A DNA stretch of 64,000 nt from Euprymna scolopes. Lineage: Eukaryota. Each line of letters opens with the position of its first letter. Position 1 is the first letter of the stretch. This document shows positions 39,601 to 54,134 of this stretch, one piece after another. Location of the stretch: the NCBI GenBank assembly GCA_053919585.1, contig CM132824.1; one strand, 5' to 3'. The notes under the pieces are model-generated. The model saw only the letters and a program-made list of their open reading frames with translations. It did not search any database and was not told the origin of the DNA. A program made the translations under genes and the position numbers.

Positions 39601-42600
39601 CAGGTTTTATGAATCATTCACCTTTATCTAATATTGCCTCCTGGAATTGATGACCAGGTGTTATGACTCATTAATCTTTATCTAATATTGCCTCCTGGAA
39701 TTGATGACCAGGTGTTATGAATCATTCACCTTTATCTAATATTGCCTCCTGGAATTAATGCCCAGGTGTTATGAATCAGTCACCTTTATCTAATATTGCC
39801 TCCTGGAATTGATGACCAGGTGTTATGAATCATTCACCTTTATCTAATATTGCCTCCTGGAATTGATGACCAGGTGTTATGAATCATTCACCTTTATCTA
39901 ATATTGCCTCCTGGAATTGATGACCCGGTGTTATGACTCATTAATCTTTATCTCATATTGCCTCCTTGAATTAATGCCCAGGTTTTATGAATCATTCACC
40001 TTTATCTAATATTGCCTCCTGGAATTGATGACCAGGTGTTATGAATCATTCACCTTTATCTAATATTGCCTCCTGGAATTAATGCCCAGGTGTTATGAAT
40101 CAGTCACCTTTATCTAATATTGCCTCCTGGAATTGATGACCAGGTGTTATGAATCATTCACCTTTATCTAATATTGCCTCCTGGAATTGATGCCCAGGTG
40201 TTATGAATCATTAATCTTTATCTAATATTGCCTCCATGAATTAATGCCCAGGTGTTATGAATCATTCACCTTTATCTAATATTGCCTCCTGGAATTAATG
40301 CCCAGGTGTTATGAATCAGTCACCTTTATCTAATATTGCCTCCTGGAATTAATGCCCAGGTGTTATGAATCAGTCACCTGTATCTAATATTGCCTCCATG
40401 AATTAATGCCCAGGTGTTATGAATCAGTCACCTTTATCTAATATTGCCTCCTGGAATTGATGACCAGGTGTTATGAATCATTCACCTTTATCTAATATTG
40501 CCTCCTGGAATTAATGCCCAGGTGTTATGAATCATTCACCTTTATCTAATATTGCCTCCATGAATTAATGCCCAGGTGTTATGAATCAGTCACCTTTATC
40601 TAATATTGCCTCCTGGAATTGATGACCAGGTGTTATGAATCATTCACCTTTATCTAATATTGCCTCCTGGAATTAATGCCCAGGTGTTATGAATCAGTCA
40701 CCTTTATCTAATATTGCCTCCTGGAATTAATGCCCAGGTGTTATGAATCAGTCACCTTTATCTAATATTGCCTCCTGGAATTGATGACCAGGTGTTATGA
40801 ATCAGTCACCTTTATCTAATATTGCCTCCATGAATTAATGCCCAGGTGTTATGACTCATTAACCTTTATCTAATATTGCCTCCATGAATTAATGTCCAGG
40901 TGTTATGAATCAGTCACCTTTATCTAATATTGCCTCCTGGAATTAATGCCCAGGTGTTATGAATCAGTCACCTTTATCTAATATTGCCTCCATGAATTAA
41001 TGCCCAGGTGTTATGAATCAGTCACCTTTATCTAATATTGCCTCCTGGAATTGATGACCAGGTGTTATGAATTAGTCACCTTTATCTAATATTGCCTCCT
41101 GGAATTGATGACCAGGTGTTATGAATCATCCACCTTTATCTAATATTGCCTCCTGGAATTGATGACCAGGTGTTATGAATCAGTCACCTTTATCTAATAT
41201 TGCCTCCTGGAATTGATGACCAGGTGTTATGAATCAGTCACCTTTATCTAATATTGCCTCCTGGAATTGATGACCAGGTGTTATGAATCAGTCACCTTTA
41301 TCTAATATTGCCTCCTGGAATTGATGACCAGGTGTTATGAATCAGTCACCTTTATCTAATATTGCCTCCTGGAATTGATGACCAGGTGTTATGAATCAGT
41401 CACCTTTATCTAATATTGCCTCCTGGAATTGATGACCAGGTGTTATGAATCAGTCACCTTTATCTAATATTGCCTCCTGGAATTGATGACCAGGTGTTAT
41501 GAATCAGTCACCTTTATCTAATATTGCCTCCTGGAATTGATGACCAGGTGTTATGAATCATTCACCTTTATCTAATATTGCCTCCTGGAATTGATGACCA
41601 GGTGTTATGAATCAGTCACCTTTATCTAATATTGCCTCCTGGAATTGATGACCAGGTGTTATGAATCATTCACCTTTATCTAATATTGCCTCCTGGAATT
41701 GATGACCAGGTGTTATGAATCAGTCACCTTTATCTAATATTGCCTCCTGGAATTGATGACCAGGTGTTATGAATCAGTCACCTTTATCTAATATTGCCTC
41801 CTGGAATTGATGACCAGGTGTTATGAATCATTCACCTTTATCTAATATTGCCTCCTGGAATTGATGACCAGGTGTTATGAATCAGTCACCTTTATCTAAT
41901 ATTGCCTCCTGGAATTGATGACCAGGTGTTATGAATCATTCACCTTTATCTAATATTGCCTCCTGGAATTGATGACCAGGTGTTATGAATCAGTCACCTT
42001 TATCTAATATTGCCTCCTGGAATTGATGACCAGGTGTTATGAATCATTCACCTTTATCTAATATTGCCTCCTGGAATTGATGACCAGGTGTTATGAATCA
42101 GTCACCTTTATCTAATATTGCCTCCTGGAATTGATGACCAGGTGTTATGAATCATTCACCTTTATCTAATATTGCCTCCTGGAATTGATGACCAGGTGTT
42201 ATGAATCAGTCACCTTTATCTAATATTGCCTCCTGGAATTGATGACCAGGTGTTATGAATCAGTCACCTTTATCTAATATTGCCTCCTGGAATTGATGAC
42301 CAGGTGTTATGAATCAGTCACCTTTATCTAATATTGCCTCCTGGAATTGATGACCAGGTGTTATGAATAAGTCACCTTTATCTAATATTGCCTCCTGGAA
42401 TTGATGACCAGGTGTTATGAATCATTCACCTTTATCTAATATTGCCTCCTGGAATTGATGACCAGGTGTTATGAATCAGTCACCTTTATCTAATATTGCC
42501 TCCTGGAATTGATGACCAGGTGTTATGAATCAGTCACCTTTATCTAATATTGCCTCCATGAATTAATGCCCAGGTATTATGAATCTGTCACCTTTATCTA

Positions 42601-45600
42601 ATATTGCCTCCATGAATTAATGCCCAGGTGTTATGAATCAGTCACCTTTATCTAATATTGCCTCCTGGAATTGATGACCAGGTGTTATGAATCAGTCACC
42701 TTTATCTAATATTGCCTCCTGGAATTGATGACCAGGTGTTATGAATCATTCACCTTTATCTAATATTGCCTCCTGGAATTAATGCCCAGGTGTTATGAAT
42801 CAGTCACCTTTATCTAATATTGCCTCCTGGAATTGATGACCAGGTGTTATGAATCAGTCACCTTTATCTAATATTGCCTCCTGGAATTGATGCCCAGGTG
42901 TTATGAATCATTAATCTTTATCTAATATTGCCTCCATGAATTAATGCCCAGGTGTTATGCATCATTCACCTTTATCTAATATTGCCTCCTGGAATTAATG
43001 CCCAGGTGTTATTAATCAGTCACCTTTATCTAATATTGCCTCCATGAATTAATGCCCAGGTGTTATGAATCAGTCACCTTTATCTAATATTGCCTCCATG
43101 AATTAATGCCCAGGGGTTATGAATCAGTCACCTTTATCTAATATTGCCTCCTGGAATTGATGACCAGGTGTTATGACTCATTAATCTTTATCTAATATTG
43201 GCTCCTGGAATTGATGACCAGGTGTTATGACTCATTAATCTTTATCTAATATTGCCTCCTGGAATTGATGACCAGGTGTTATGAATCATTCGCCTTTATT
43301 TTATATTGCCTCCTGGAATTGATGACCAGGTGTTATGAATCAGTCACCTTTATCTAATATTGCCTCCTGGAATTGATGCCCAGGTGTTATGACTCATTAA
43401 TCTTTATCTAATATTGGCTCCTGGAATTGATGCCCAGGTGTTATGAATCATTCACCTTTATCTAATATTGCCTCCTGGAATTAATGCCCAGGTGTTATGA
43501 ATCAGTCACCTTTATCTAATATTGCCTCCATGAATTAATGCCCAGGTGTTATGAATCAGTCACCTTTATCTAATATTGCCTCCATGAATTAATGCCCAGG
43601 GGTTATGAATCAGTCACCTTTATCTAATATTGCCTCCTGGAATTGATGACCAGGTGTTATGACTCATTAATCTTTATCTAATATTGGCTCCTGGAATTGA
43701 TGACCAGGTGTTATGACTCATTAATCTTTATCTAATATTGCCTCCTGGAATTGATGACCAGGTGTTATGAATCATTCGCCTTTATTTTATATTGCCTCCT
43801 GGAATTGATGACCAGGTATTATGAATCATTCACCTTTATCTTATATTGCCTCCTGGAATTGATGACCAGGTGTTATGAATCAGTCACCTTTATCTAATAT
43901 TGCCTCCTGGAATTGATGACCAGGTGTTATGACTCATTAATCTTTATCTAATATTGCCTCCTGGAATTGATGACCAGGTGTTATGAATCAGTCACCTTTA
44001 TCTAATATTGCCTCCTGGAATTGATGACCAGGTGTTATGACTCATTAATCTTTATCTAATATTGCCTCCTGGAATTGATGACCAGGTGTTATGAATCAGT
44101 AACCTTTATCTAATATTGCCTCCTGGAATTGATGACCAGGTGTTATGAATCATTCACCTTTATCTAATATTGCCTCCTGGAATTGATGACCAGGTGTTAT
44201 GAATCATTCACCTTTATCTAATATTGCCTCCTGGAATTGATGACCAGGTGTTATGAATCAGTCACCTTTATCTAATATTGCCTCCTGGAATTGATGACCA
44301 GGTGTTATGACTCATTAATCTTTATCTAATATTGCCTCCTGGAATTGATGCCCAGGTGTTATGAATCAGTCACCTTTATCTAATATTGCCTCCTGGAATT
44401 GATGACCAGGTGTTATGAATCATTCACCTTTATCTAATATTGCCTCCTGGAATTGATGACCAGGTGTTATGAATCATTCACCTTTATCTAATATTGCCTC
44501 CTGGAATTGATGACCAGGTGTTATGAATCAGTCACCTTTATCTAATATTGCCTCCTGGAATTGATGACCAGGTGTTATGACTCATTAATCTTTATCTAAT
44601 ATTGCCTCCTGGAATTGATGACTAGGTGTTATGAATCAGTCACCTTTATCTAATATTGCCTCCTGGAATTGATGACCAGGTGTTATGAATCATTCACCTT
44701 TATCTAATATTGCCTCCTGGAATTAATGCCCAGATGTTATGAATCAGTCACCTTTATCTAATATTGCCTCCTGGAATTGATGACCAGGTGTTATGACTCA
44801 TTAATCTTTATCTAATATTGCCTCCTGGAATTGATGACCAGGTGTTATGAATCAGTCACCTTTATCTAATATTGCCTCCATGAATTAATGCCCAGGTGTT
44901 ATGAATCAGTCAGCTTTATCTAATATTGCCTCCTGGAATTGATGACCCGGTGTTATGACTCATTAATCTTTATCTCTTATTGCCTCCTTGAATTAATGCC
45001 CAGGTTTTATGAATCATTCACCTTTATCTAATATTGCCTCCTGGAATTGATGACCAGGTGTTATGACTCATTAATCTTTATCTAATATTGCCTCCTGGAA
45101 TTGATGACCAGGTGTTATGAATCATTCACCTTTATCTAATATTGCCTCCTGGAATTAATGCCCAGGTGTTATGAATCAGTCACCTTTATCTAATATTGCC
45201 TCCTGGAATTGATGACCAGGTGTTATGAATCATTCACCTTTATCTAATATTGCCTCCTGGAATTGATGACCAGGTGTTATGAATCATTCACCTTTATCTA
45301 ATATTGCCTCCTGGAATTGATGACCCGGTGTTATGACTCATTAATCTTTATCTCATATTGCCTCCTTGAATTAATGCCCAGGTTTTATGAATCATTCACC
45401 TTTATCTAATATTGCCTCCTGGAATTGATGACCAGGTGTTATGAATCATTCACCTTTATCTAATATTGCCTCCTGGAATTAATGCCCAGGTGTTATGAAT
45501 CAGTCACCTTTATCTAATATTGCCTCCTGGAATTGATGACCAGGTGTTATGAATCATTCACCTTTATCTAATATTGCCTCCAGGAATTGATGACCAGGTT

Positions 45601-48600
45601 TTATGAATCATTCACATTTATCTAATATTGCCTCCTGGAATTGATGACCAGGTGTTATGAATCATTCACCTTTATCTAATATTGCCTCCTGGAATTGATG
45701 ACCAGGTGTTATGAATCATTCACCTTTATCTAATATTGCCTCCTGGAATTAATGCCCAGGTGTTATGAATCAGTCACCTTTATCTAATATTGCCTCCTGG
45801 AATTGATGACCAGGTGTTATGAATCATTCACCTTTATCTAATATTGCCTCCTGGAATTGATGCCCAGGTGTTATGAATCATTAATCTTTATCTAATATTG
45901 CCTCCATGAATTAATGCCCAGGTGTTATGAATCATTCACCTTTATCTAATATTGCCTCCTGGAATTAATGCCCAGGTGTTATGAATCAGTCACCTTTATC
46001 TAATATTGCCTCCTGGAATTAATGCCCAGGTGTTATGAATCAGTCACTTTTATCTAATATTGCCTCCATGAATTAATGCCCAGGTGTTATGAATCAGTCA
46101 CCTTTATCTAATATTGCCTCCTGGAATTGATGACCAGGTGTTATGAATCATTCACCTTTATCTAATATTGCCTCCTGGAATTAATGCCCAGGTGTTATGA
46201 ATCAGTCACCTTTATCTAATATTGCCTCCTGGAATTAATGCCCAGGTGTTATGAATCAGTCACCTTTATCTAATATTGCCTCCTGGAATTGATGACCAGG
46301 TGTTATGAATCAGTCACCTTTATCTAATATTGCCTCCATGAATTAATGCCCAGGTGTTATGACTCATTAACCTTTATCTAATATTGCCTCCATGAATTAA
46401 TGTCCAGGTGTTATGAATCAGTCACCTTTATCTAATATTGCCTCCTGGAATTAATGCCCAGGTGTTATGAATCAGTCACCTTTATCTAATATTGCCTCCT
46501 GGAATTGATGACCAGGTGTTATGAATCAGTCACCTTTATCTAATATTGCCTCCTGGAATTGATGACCAGGTGTTATGAATCATTCACCTTTATCTAATAT
46601 TGCCTCCTGGAATTGATGACCAGGTGTTATGAATCAGTCACCTTTATCTAATATTGCCTCCTGGAATTGATGACCAGGTGTTATGAATCAGTCACCTTTA
46701 TCTAATATTGCCTCCTGGAATTGATGACCAGGTGTTATGAATCAGTCACCTTTATCTAATATTGCCTCCTGGAATTGATGACCAGGTGTTATGAATCAGT
46801 CACCTTTATCTAATATTGCCTCCTGGAATTGATGACCAGGTGTTATGAATCAGTCACCTTTATCTAATATTGCCTCCTGGAATTGATGACCAGGTGTTAT
46901 GAATCAGTCACCTTTATCTAATATTGCCTCCTGGAATTGATGACCAGGTGTTATGAATCAGTCACCTTTATCTAATATTGCCTCCTGGAATTGATGACCA
47001 GGTGTTATGAATCATTCACCTTTATCTAATATTGCCTCCTGGAATTGATGACCAGGTGTTATGAATCAGTCACCTTTATCTAATATTGCCTCCTGGAATT
47101 GATGACCAGGTGTTATGACTCATTAATCTTTATCTAATATTGCCTCCTGGAATTGATGACTAGGTGTTATGAATCAGTCACCTTTATCTAATATTGCCTC
47201 CTGGAATTGATGACCAGGTGTTATGAATCATTCACCTTTATCTAATATTGCCTCCTGGAATTAATGCCCAGATGTTATGAATCAGTCACCTTTATCTAAT
47301 ATTGCCTCCTGGAATTGATGACCAGGTGTTATGACTCATTAATCTTTATCTAATATTGCCTCCTGGAATTGATGACCAGGTGTTATGAATCAGTCACCTT
47401 TATCTAATATTGCCTCCATGAATTAATGCCCAGGTGTTATGAATCAGTCAGCTTTATCTAATATTGCCTCCTGGAATTGATGACCCGGTGTTATGACTCA
47501 TTAATCTTTATCTCATATTGCCTCCTTGAATTAATGCCCAGGTTTTATGAATCATTCACCTTTATCTAATATTGCCTCCTGGAATTGATGACCAGGTGTT
47601 ATGACTCATTAATCTTTATCTAATATTGCCTCCTGGAATTGATGACCAGGTGTTATGAATCATTCACCTTTATCTAATATTGCCTCCTGGAATTAATGCC
47701 CAGGTGTTATGAATCAGTCACCTTTATCTAATATTGCCTCCTGGAATTGATGACCAGGTGTTATGAATCATTCACCTTTATCTAATATTGCCTCCTGGAA
47801 TTGATGACCAGGTGTTATGAATCATTCACCTTTATCTAATATTGCCTCCTGGAATTGATGACCCGGTGTTATGACTCATTAATCTTTATCTCATATTGCC
47901 TCCTTGAATTAATGCCCAGGTTTTATGAATCATTCACCTTTATCTAATATTGCCTCCTGGAATTGATGACCAGGTGTTATGAATCATTCACCTTTATCTA
48001 ATATTGCCTCCTGGAATTGATGACCAGGTGGTCTGAATCATTCACCTTTATCTAATATTGCCTCCTGGAATTGATGACCAGGTGTTATGAATCATTCACC
48101 TTTATCTAATATTGCCTCCAGGAATTGATGACCAGGTTTTATGAATCATTCACATTTATCTAATATTGCCTCCTGGAATTGATGACCAGGTGTTATGAAT
48201 CATTCACCTTTATCTAATATTGCCTCCTGGAATTGATGACCAGGTGTTATGAATCATTCACCTTTATCTAATATTGCCTCCTGGAATTAATGCCCAGGTG
48301 TTATGAATCAGTCACCTTTATCTAATATTGCCTCCTGGAATTGATGACCAGGTGTTATGAATCATTCACCTTTATCTAATATTGCCTCCTGGAATTGATG
48401 CCCAGGTGTTATGAATCATTAATCTTTATCTAATATTGCCTCCATGAATTAATGCCCAGGTGTTATGAATCATTCACCTTTATCTAATATTGCCTCCTGG
48501 AATTAATGCCCAGGTGTTATGAATCAGTCACCTTTATCTAATATTGCCTCCTGGAATTAATGCCCAGGTGTTATGAATCAGTCACCTTTATCTAATATTG

Positions 48601-51600
48601 CCTCCATGAATTAATGCCCAGGTGTTATGAATCAGTCACCTTTATCTAATATTGCCTCCTGGAATTGATGACCAGGTGTTCTGAATCATTCACCTTTATC
48701 TAATATTGCCTCCTGGAATTAATGCCCAGGTGTTATGAATCATTCACCTTTATCTAATATTGCCTCCATGAATTAATGCCCAGGTGTTATGAATCAGTCA
48801 CCTTTATCTAATATTGCCTCCTGGAATTGATGACCAGGTGTTATGAATCATTCACCTTTATCTAATATTGCCTCCTGGAATTAATGCCCAGGTGTTATGA
48901 ATCAGTCACCTTTATCTAATATTGCCTCCTGGAATTAATGCCCAGGTGTTATGAATCAGTCACCTTTATCTAATATTGCCTCCTGGAATTGATGACCAGG
49001 TGTTATGAATCAGTCACCTTTATCTAATATTGCCTCCATGAATTAATGCCCAGGTGTTATGACTCATTAACCTTTATCTAATATTGCCTCCATGAATTAA
49101 TGTCCAGGTGTTATGAATCAGTCACCTTTATCTAATATTGCCTCCTGGAATTAATGCCCAGGTGTTATGAATCAGTCACCTTTATCTAATATTGCCTCCA
49201 TGAATTAATGCCCAGGTGTTATGAATCAGTCACCTTTATCTAATATTGCCTCCTGGAATTGATGACCAGGTGTTATGAATCAGTCACCTTTATCTAATAT
49301 TGCCTCCTGGAATTGATGACCAGGTGTTATGAATCATTCACCTTTATCTAATATTGCCTCCTGGAATTGATGACCAGGTGTTATGAATCAGTCACCTTTA
49401 TCTAATATTGCCTCCTGGAATTGATGACCAGGTGTTATGAATCAGTCACCTTTATCTAATATTGCCTCCTGGAATTGATGACCAGGTGTTATGAATCAGT
49501 CACCTTTATCTAATATTGCCTCCTGGAATTGATGACCAGGTGTTATGAATCAGTCACCTTTATCTAATATTGCCTCCTGGAATTGATGACCAGGTGTTAT
49601 GAATCAGTCACCTTTATCTAATATTGCCTCCTGGAATTGATGACCAGGTGTTATGAATCAGTCACCTTTATCTAATATTGCCTCCTGGAATTGATGACCA
49701 GGTGTTATGAATCAGTCACCTTTATCTAATATTGCCTCCTGGAATTGATGACCAGGTGTTATGAATCATTCACCTTTATCTAATATTGCCTCCTGGAATT
49801 GATGACCAGGTGTTATGAATCAGTCACCTTTATCTAATATTGCCTCCTGGAATTGATGACCAGGTGTTATGAATCATTCACCTTTATCTAATATTGCCTC
49901 CTGGAATTGATGACCAGGTGTTATGAATCAGTCACCTTTATCTAATATTGCCTCCTGGAATTGATGACCAGGTGTTATGAATCAGTCACCTTTATCTAAT
50001 ATTGCCTCCTGGAATTGATGACCAGGTGTTATGAATCATTCACCTTTATCTAATATTGCCTCCTGGAAATGATGACCAGGTGTTATGAATCAGTCACCTT
50101 TATCTAATATTGCCTCCTGGAATTGATGACCAGGTGTTATGAATCATTCACCTTTATCTAATATTGCCTCCTGGAATTGATGACCAGGTGTTATGAATCA
50201 GTCACCTTTATCTAATATTGCCTCCTGGAATTGATGACCAGGTGTTATGAATCATTCACCTTTATCTAATATTGCCTCCTGGAATTGATGACCAGGTGTT
50301 ATGAATCAGTCACCTTTATCTAATATTGCCTCCTGGAATTGATGACCAGGTGTTATGAATCATTCACCTTTATCTAATATTGCCTCCTGGAATTGATGAC
50401 CAGGTGTTATGAATCAGTCACCTTTATCTAATATTGCCTCCTGGAATTGATGACCAGGTGTTATGAATCAGTCACCTTTATCTAATATTGCCTCCTGGAA
50501 TTGATAACCAGGTGTTATGAATCAGTCACCTTTATCTAATATTGCCTCCTGGAATTGATGACCAGGTGTTATGAATAAGTCACCTTTATCTAATATTGCC
50601 TCCTGGAATTGATGACCAGGTGTTATGAATCATTCACCTTTATCTAATATTGCGTCCTGGAATTGATGACCAGGTGTTATGAATCAGTCACCTTTATCTA
50701 ATATTGCCTCCTGGAATTGATGACCAGGTGTTATGAATCAGTCACCTTTATCTAATATTGCCTCCTGGAATTGATGCCCAGGTGTTATGAATCATTAATC
50801 TTTATCTAATATTGCCTCCATGAATTAATGCCCAGGTGTTATGCATCATTCACCTTTATCTAATATTGCCTCCTGGAATTAATGCCCAGGTGTTATGAAT
50901 CAGTCACCTTTATCTAATATTGCCTCCATGAATTAATGCCCAGGTGTTATGAATCAGTCACCTTTATCTAATATTGCCTCCATGAATTAATGCCCAGGGG
51001 TTATGAATCAGTCACCTTTATCTAATATTGCCTCCTGGAATTGATGACCAGGTGTTATGACTCATTAATCTTTATCTAATATTGGCTCCTGGAATTGATG
51101 ACCAGGTGTTATGACTCATTAATCTTTATCTAATATTGCCTCCTGGAATTGATGACCAGGTGTTATGAATCATTCGCCTTTATTTTATATTGCCTCCTGG
51201 AATTGATGACCAGGTGTTATGAATCAGTCACCTTTATCTAATATTGCCTCCTGGAATTGATGCCCAGGTGTTATGACTCATTAATCTTTATCTAATATTG
51301 GCTCCTGGAATTGATGCCCAGGTGTTATGAATCATTCACCTTTATCTAATATTGCCTCCTGGAATTAATGCCCAGGTGTTATGAATCAGTCACCTTTATC
51401 TAATATTGCCTTCATGAATTAATGCCCAGGTGTTATGAATCAGTCACCTTTATCTAATATTGCCTCCATGAATTAATGCCCAGGGGTTATTAATCAGTCA
51501 CCTTTATCTAATATTGCCTCCTGGAATTGATGACCAGGTGTTATGACTCATTAATCTTTATCTAATATTGGCTCCTGGAATTGATGACCAGGTGTTATGA

Positions 51601-54134
51601 CTCATTAATCTTTATCTAATATTGCCTCCTGGAATTGATGACCAGGTGTTATGAATCATTCGCCTTTATTTTATATTGCCTCCTGGAATTGATGACCAGG
51701 TATTATGAATCATTCACCTTTATCTTATATTGCCTCCTGGAATTGATGACTAGGTGTTATGACTCATTAATCTTTGTCTAATATTGGCTCCTGGAATTGA
51801 TGACCAGGTGTTATGAATCATTTATCTTTATCTAATATTGCCTCCTGGAATTGATGACCAGGTATTATGAATCATTCACCTTTATCTAATATTGCCTCCT
51901 GGAATTGATGACCAGGTGTTATGAATCATTCACCTTTATCTAATATTGCCTCCATGAATTAATGCCCAGGTGTTATGAATCAGTCACCTTTATCTAATAT
52001 TGCCTCCTGGAATTGATGACCAGGTGTTATGAATCAGTCACCTTTATCTAATATTGCCTCCTGGAATTGATGACCAGGTGTTATGAATCATTTATCTTTA
52101 TCTAATATTGCCTCCTGGAATTGATGACCAGGTATTATGAATCATTCACCTTTATCTAATATTGCCTCCTGGAATTGATGACCAGGTGTTATGAATCATT
52201 CACCTTTATCTAATATTGCCTCCATGAATTAATGCCCAGGTGTTATGAATCAGTCACCTTTATCTAATATTGCCTCCTGGAATTGATGACCAGGTGTTAT
52301 GAATCAGTCACCTTTATCTAATATTGCCTCCTGGAATTGATGACCAGGTGTTATGAATCATTCACCTTTATCTAATATTGCCTCCTGGAATTGATGCCCA
52401 GGTGTTATGAATCATTCACCTTTATCTAATATTGCCTCCTGGAATTAATGCCCAGGTGTTATGAATCAGTCACCTTTATCTAATATTGCCTCCTGGAATT
52501 AATGCCCAGGTGTTATGAATCAGTCACCTTTATCTAATATTGCCTCCTGGAATTAATGCCCAGGTGTTATGACTCATTAACCTTTATCTAATATTGCCTC
52601 CATGAATTAATGCCCAGGTGTTATGAATCAGTCACCTTTATCTAATATTGCCTCCTGGAATTAATGCCCAGGTGTTATGAATCAGTCACCTTTATCTAAT
52701 ATTGCCTCCTGGAATTAATGCCCAGGTGTTATGAATCAGTCACCTTTATCTAATATTGCCTCCTGGAATTAATGCCCAGGTGTTATGAATCAGTCACCTT
52801 TATCTAATATTGCCTCCTGGAATTAATGCCCAGGTGTTATGAATCAGTCACCTTTATCTAATATTGCCTCCTGGAATTAATGCCCAGGTGTTATGAATCA
52901 GTCACCTTTATCTAATATTGCCTCCTGGAATTAATGCCCAGGTGTTATGACTCATTAACCTTTATCTAATATTGCCTCCTGGAATTAATGCCCAGGTGTT
53001 ATGAATCAGTCACCTTTATCTAATATTGCCTCCATGAATTAATGCCCAGGTGTTATGAATCAGTCACCTTTATCTAATATTGCCTCCTGGAATTGATGAC
53101 CAGGTGTTATGAATCATTCACCTTTATCTAATATTGCCTCCTGGAATTAATGCCCAGGTGTTATGAATCATTCACCTTTATCTAATATTGCCTCCATGAA
53201 TTAATGCCCAGGTGTTATGAATCAGTCACCTTTATCTAATATTGCCTCCTGGAATTGATGACCAGGTGTTATGAATCAGTCACCTTTATCTAATATTGCC
53301 TCCTGGAATTGATGACCAGGTGTTATGAATCATTCACCTTTATCTAATATTGCCTCCATGAATTAATGCCCAGGTGTTATGACTCATTAACCTTTATCTA
53401 ATATTGCCTCCATGAATTAATGCCCAGGTGTTATGAATCAGTCACCTTTATCTAATATTGCCTCCTGGAATTAATGCCCAGGTGTTATGAATCAGTCACC
53501 TTTATCTAATATTGCCTCCATGAATTAATGCCCAGGTGTTATGAATCAGTCACCTTTATCTAATATTGCCTCCATGAATTAATGCCCAGGTGTTATGAAT
53601 CAGTCACCTTTATCTAATATTGCCTCCATGAATTAATGCCCAGGTGTTATGAATCAGTCACCTTTATCTAATATTGCCTCCTGGAATTGATGACCAGGTG
53701 TTATGAATCAGTCACCTTTATCTAATATTGCCTCCTTGAATTGATGACCAGGTGTTATGAATCATTCACCTTTATCTAATATTGCCTCCTGGAATTAATG
53801 CCCAGGTGTTATGAATCAGTCACCTTTATCTAATATTGCCTCCTGGAATTGATGACCAGGTGTTATGAATCAGTCACCTTTATCTAATATTGCCTCCATG
53901 AATTAATGCCCAGGTGTTATGACTCATTAACCTTTATCTAATATTGCCTCCTGGAATTAATGCCCAGGTGTTATGAATCATTTACCTTTATCTAATATTG
54001 CCTCCTGGAATTAATGCCCAGGTGTTATGAATCAGTCACCTTTATCTTATATTGCCTCCTGGAATTGATGACCAGGCGTTATGAATCATTTACCTTTATC
54101 ATATATTGGGTCCTGGAATTGATGACCAGGTGTT
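18671..54134. repeat. 54-bp satellite DNA array, about 655 copies, 35.5 kb (TATCTAATATTGCCTCCTGGAATTGATGACCAGGTGTTATGAATCATTCACCTT)
   Basis: Period 54 (10 units per 540 bp); few recurrent variants; diverged edges; the consensus has stops in all six frames. Confidence 0.99.

Noticed and set aside
20941-54050. Microexon array on the minus strand (TTCCAG|19 nt|GTGAAT)
   Set aside because: A 19-nt exon is not frame-preserving, a 35-nt intron is very short, and common variants destroy the donor or acceptor
18671-54134. CRISPR array
   Set aside because: Head-to-tail monomers with no unique spacers, no cas genes, and a eukaryotic context
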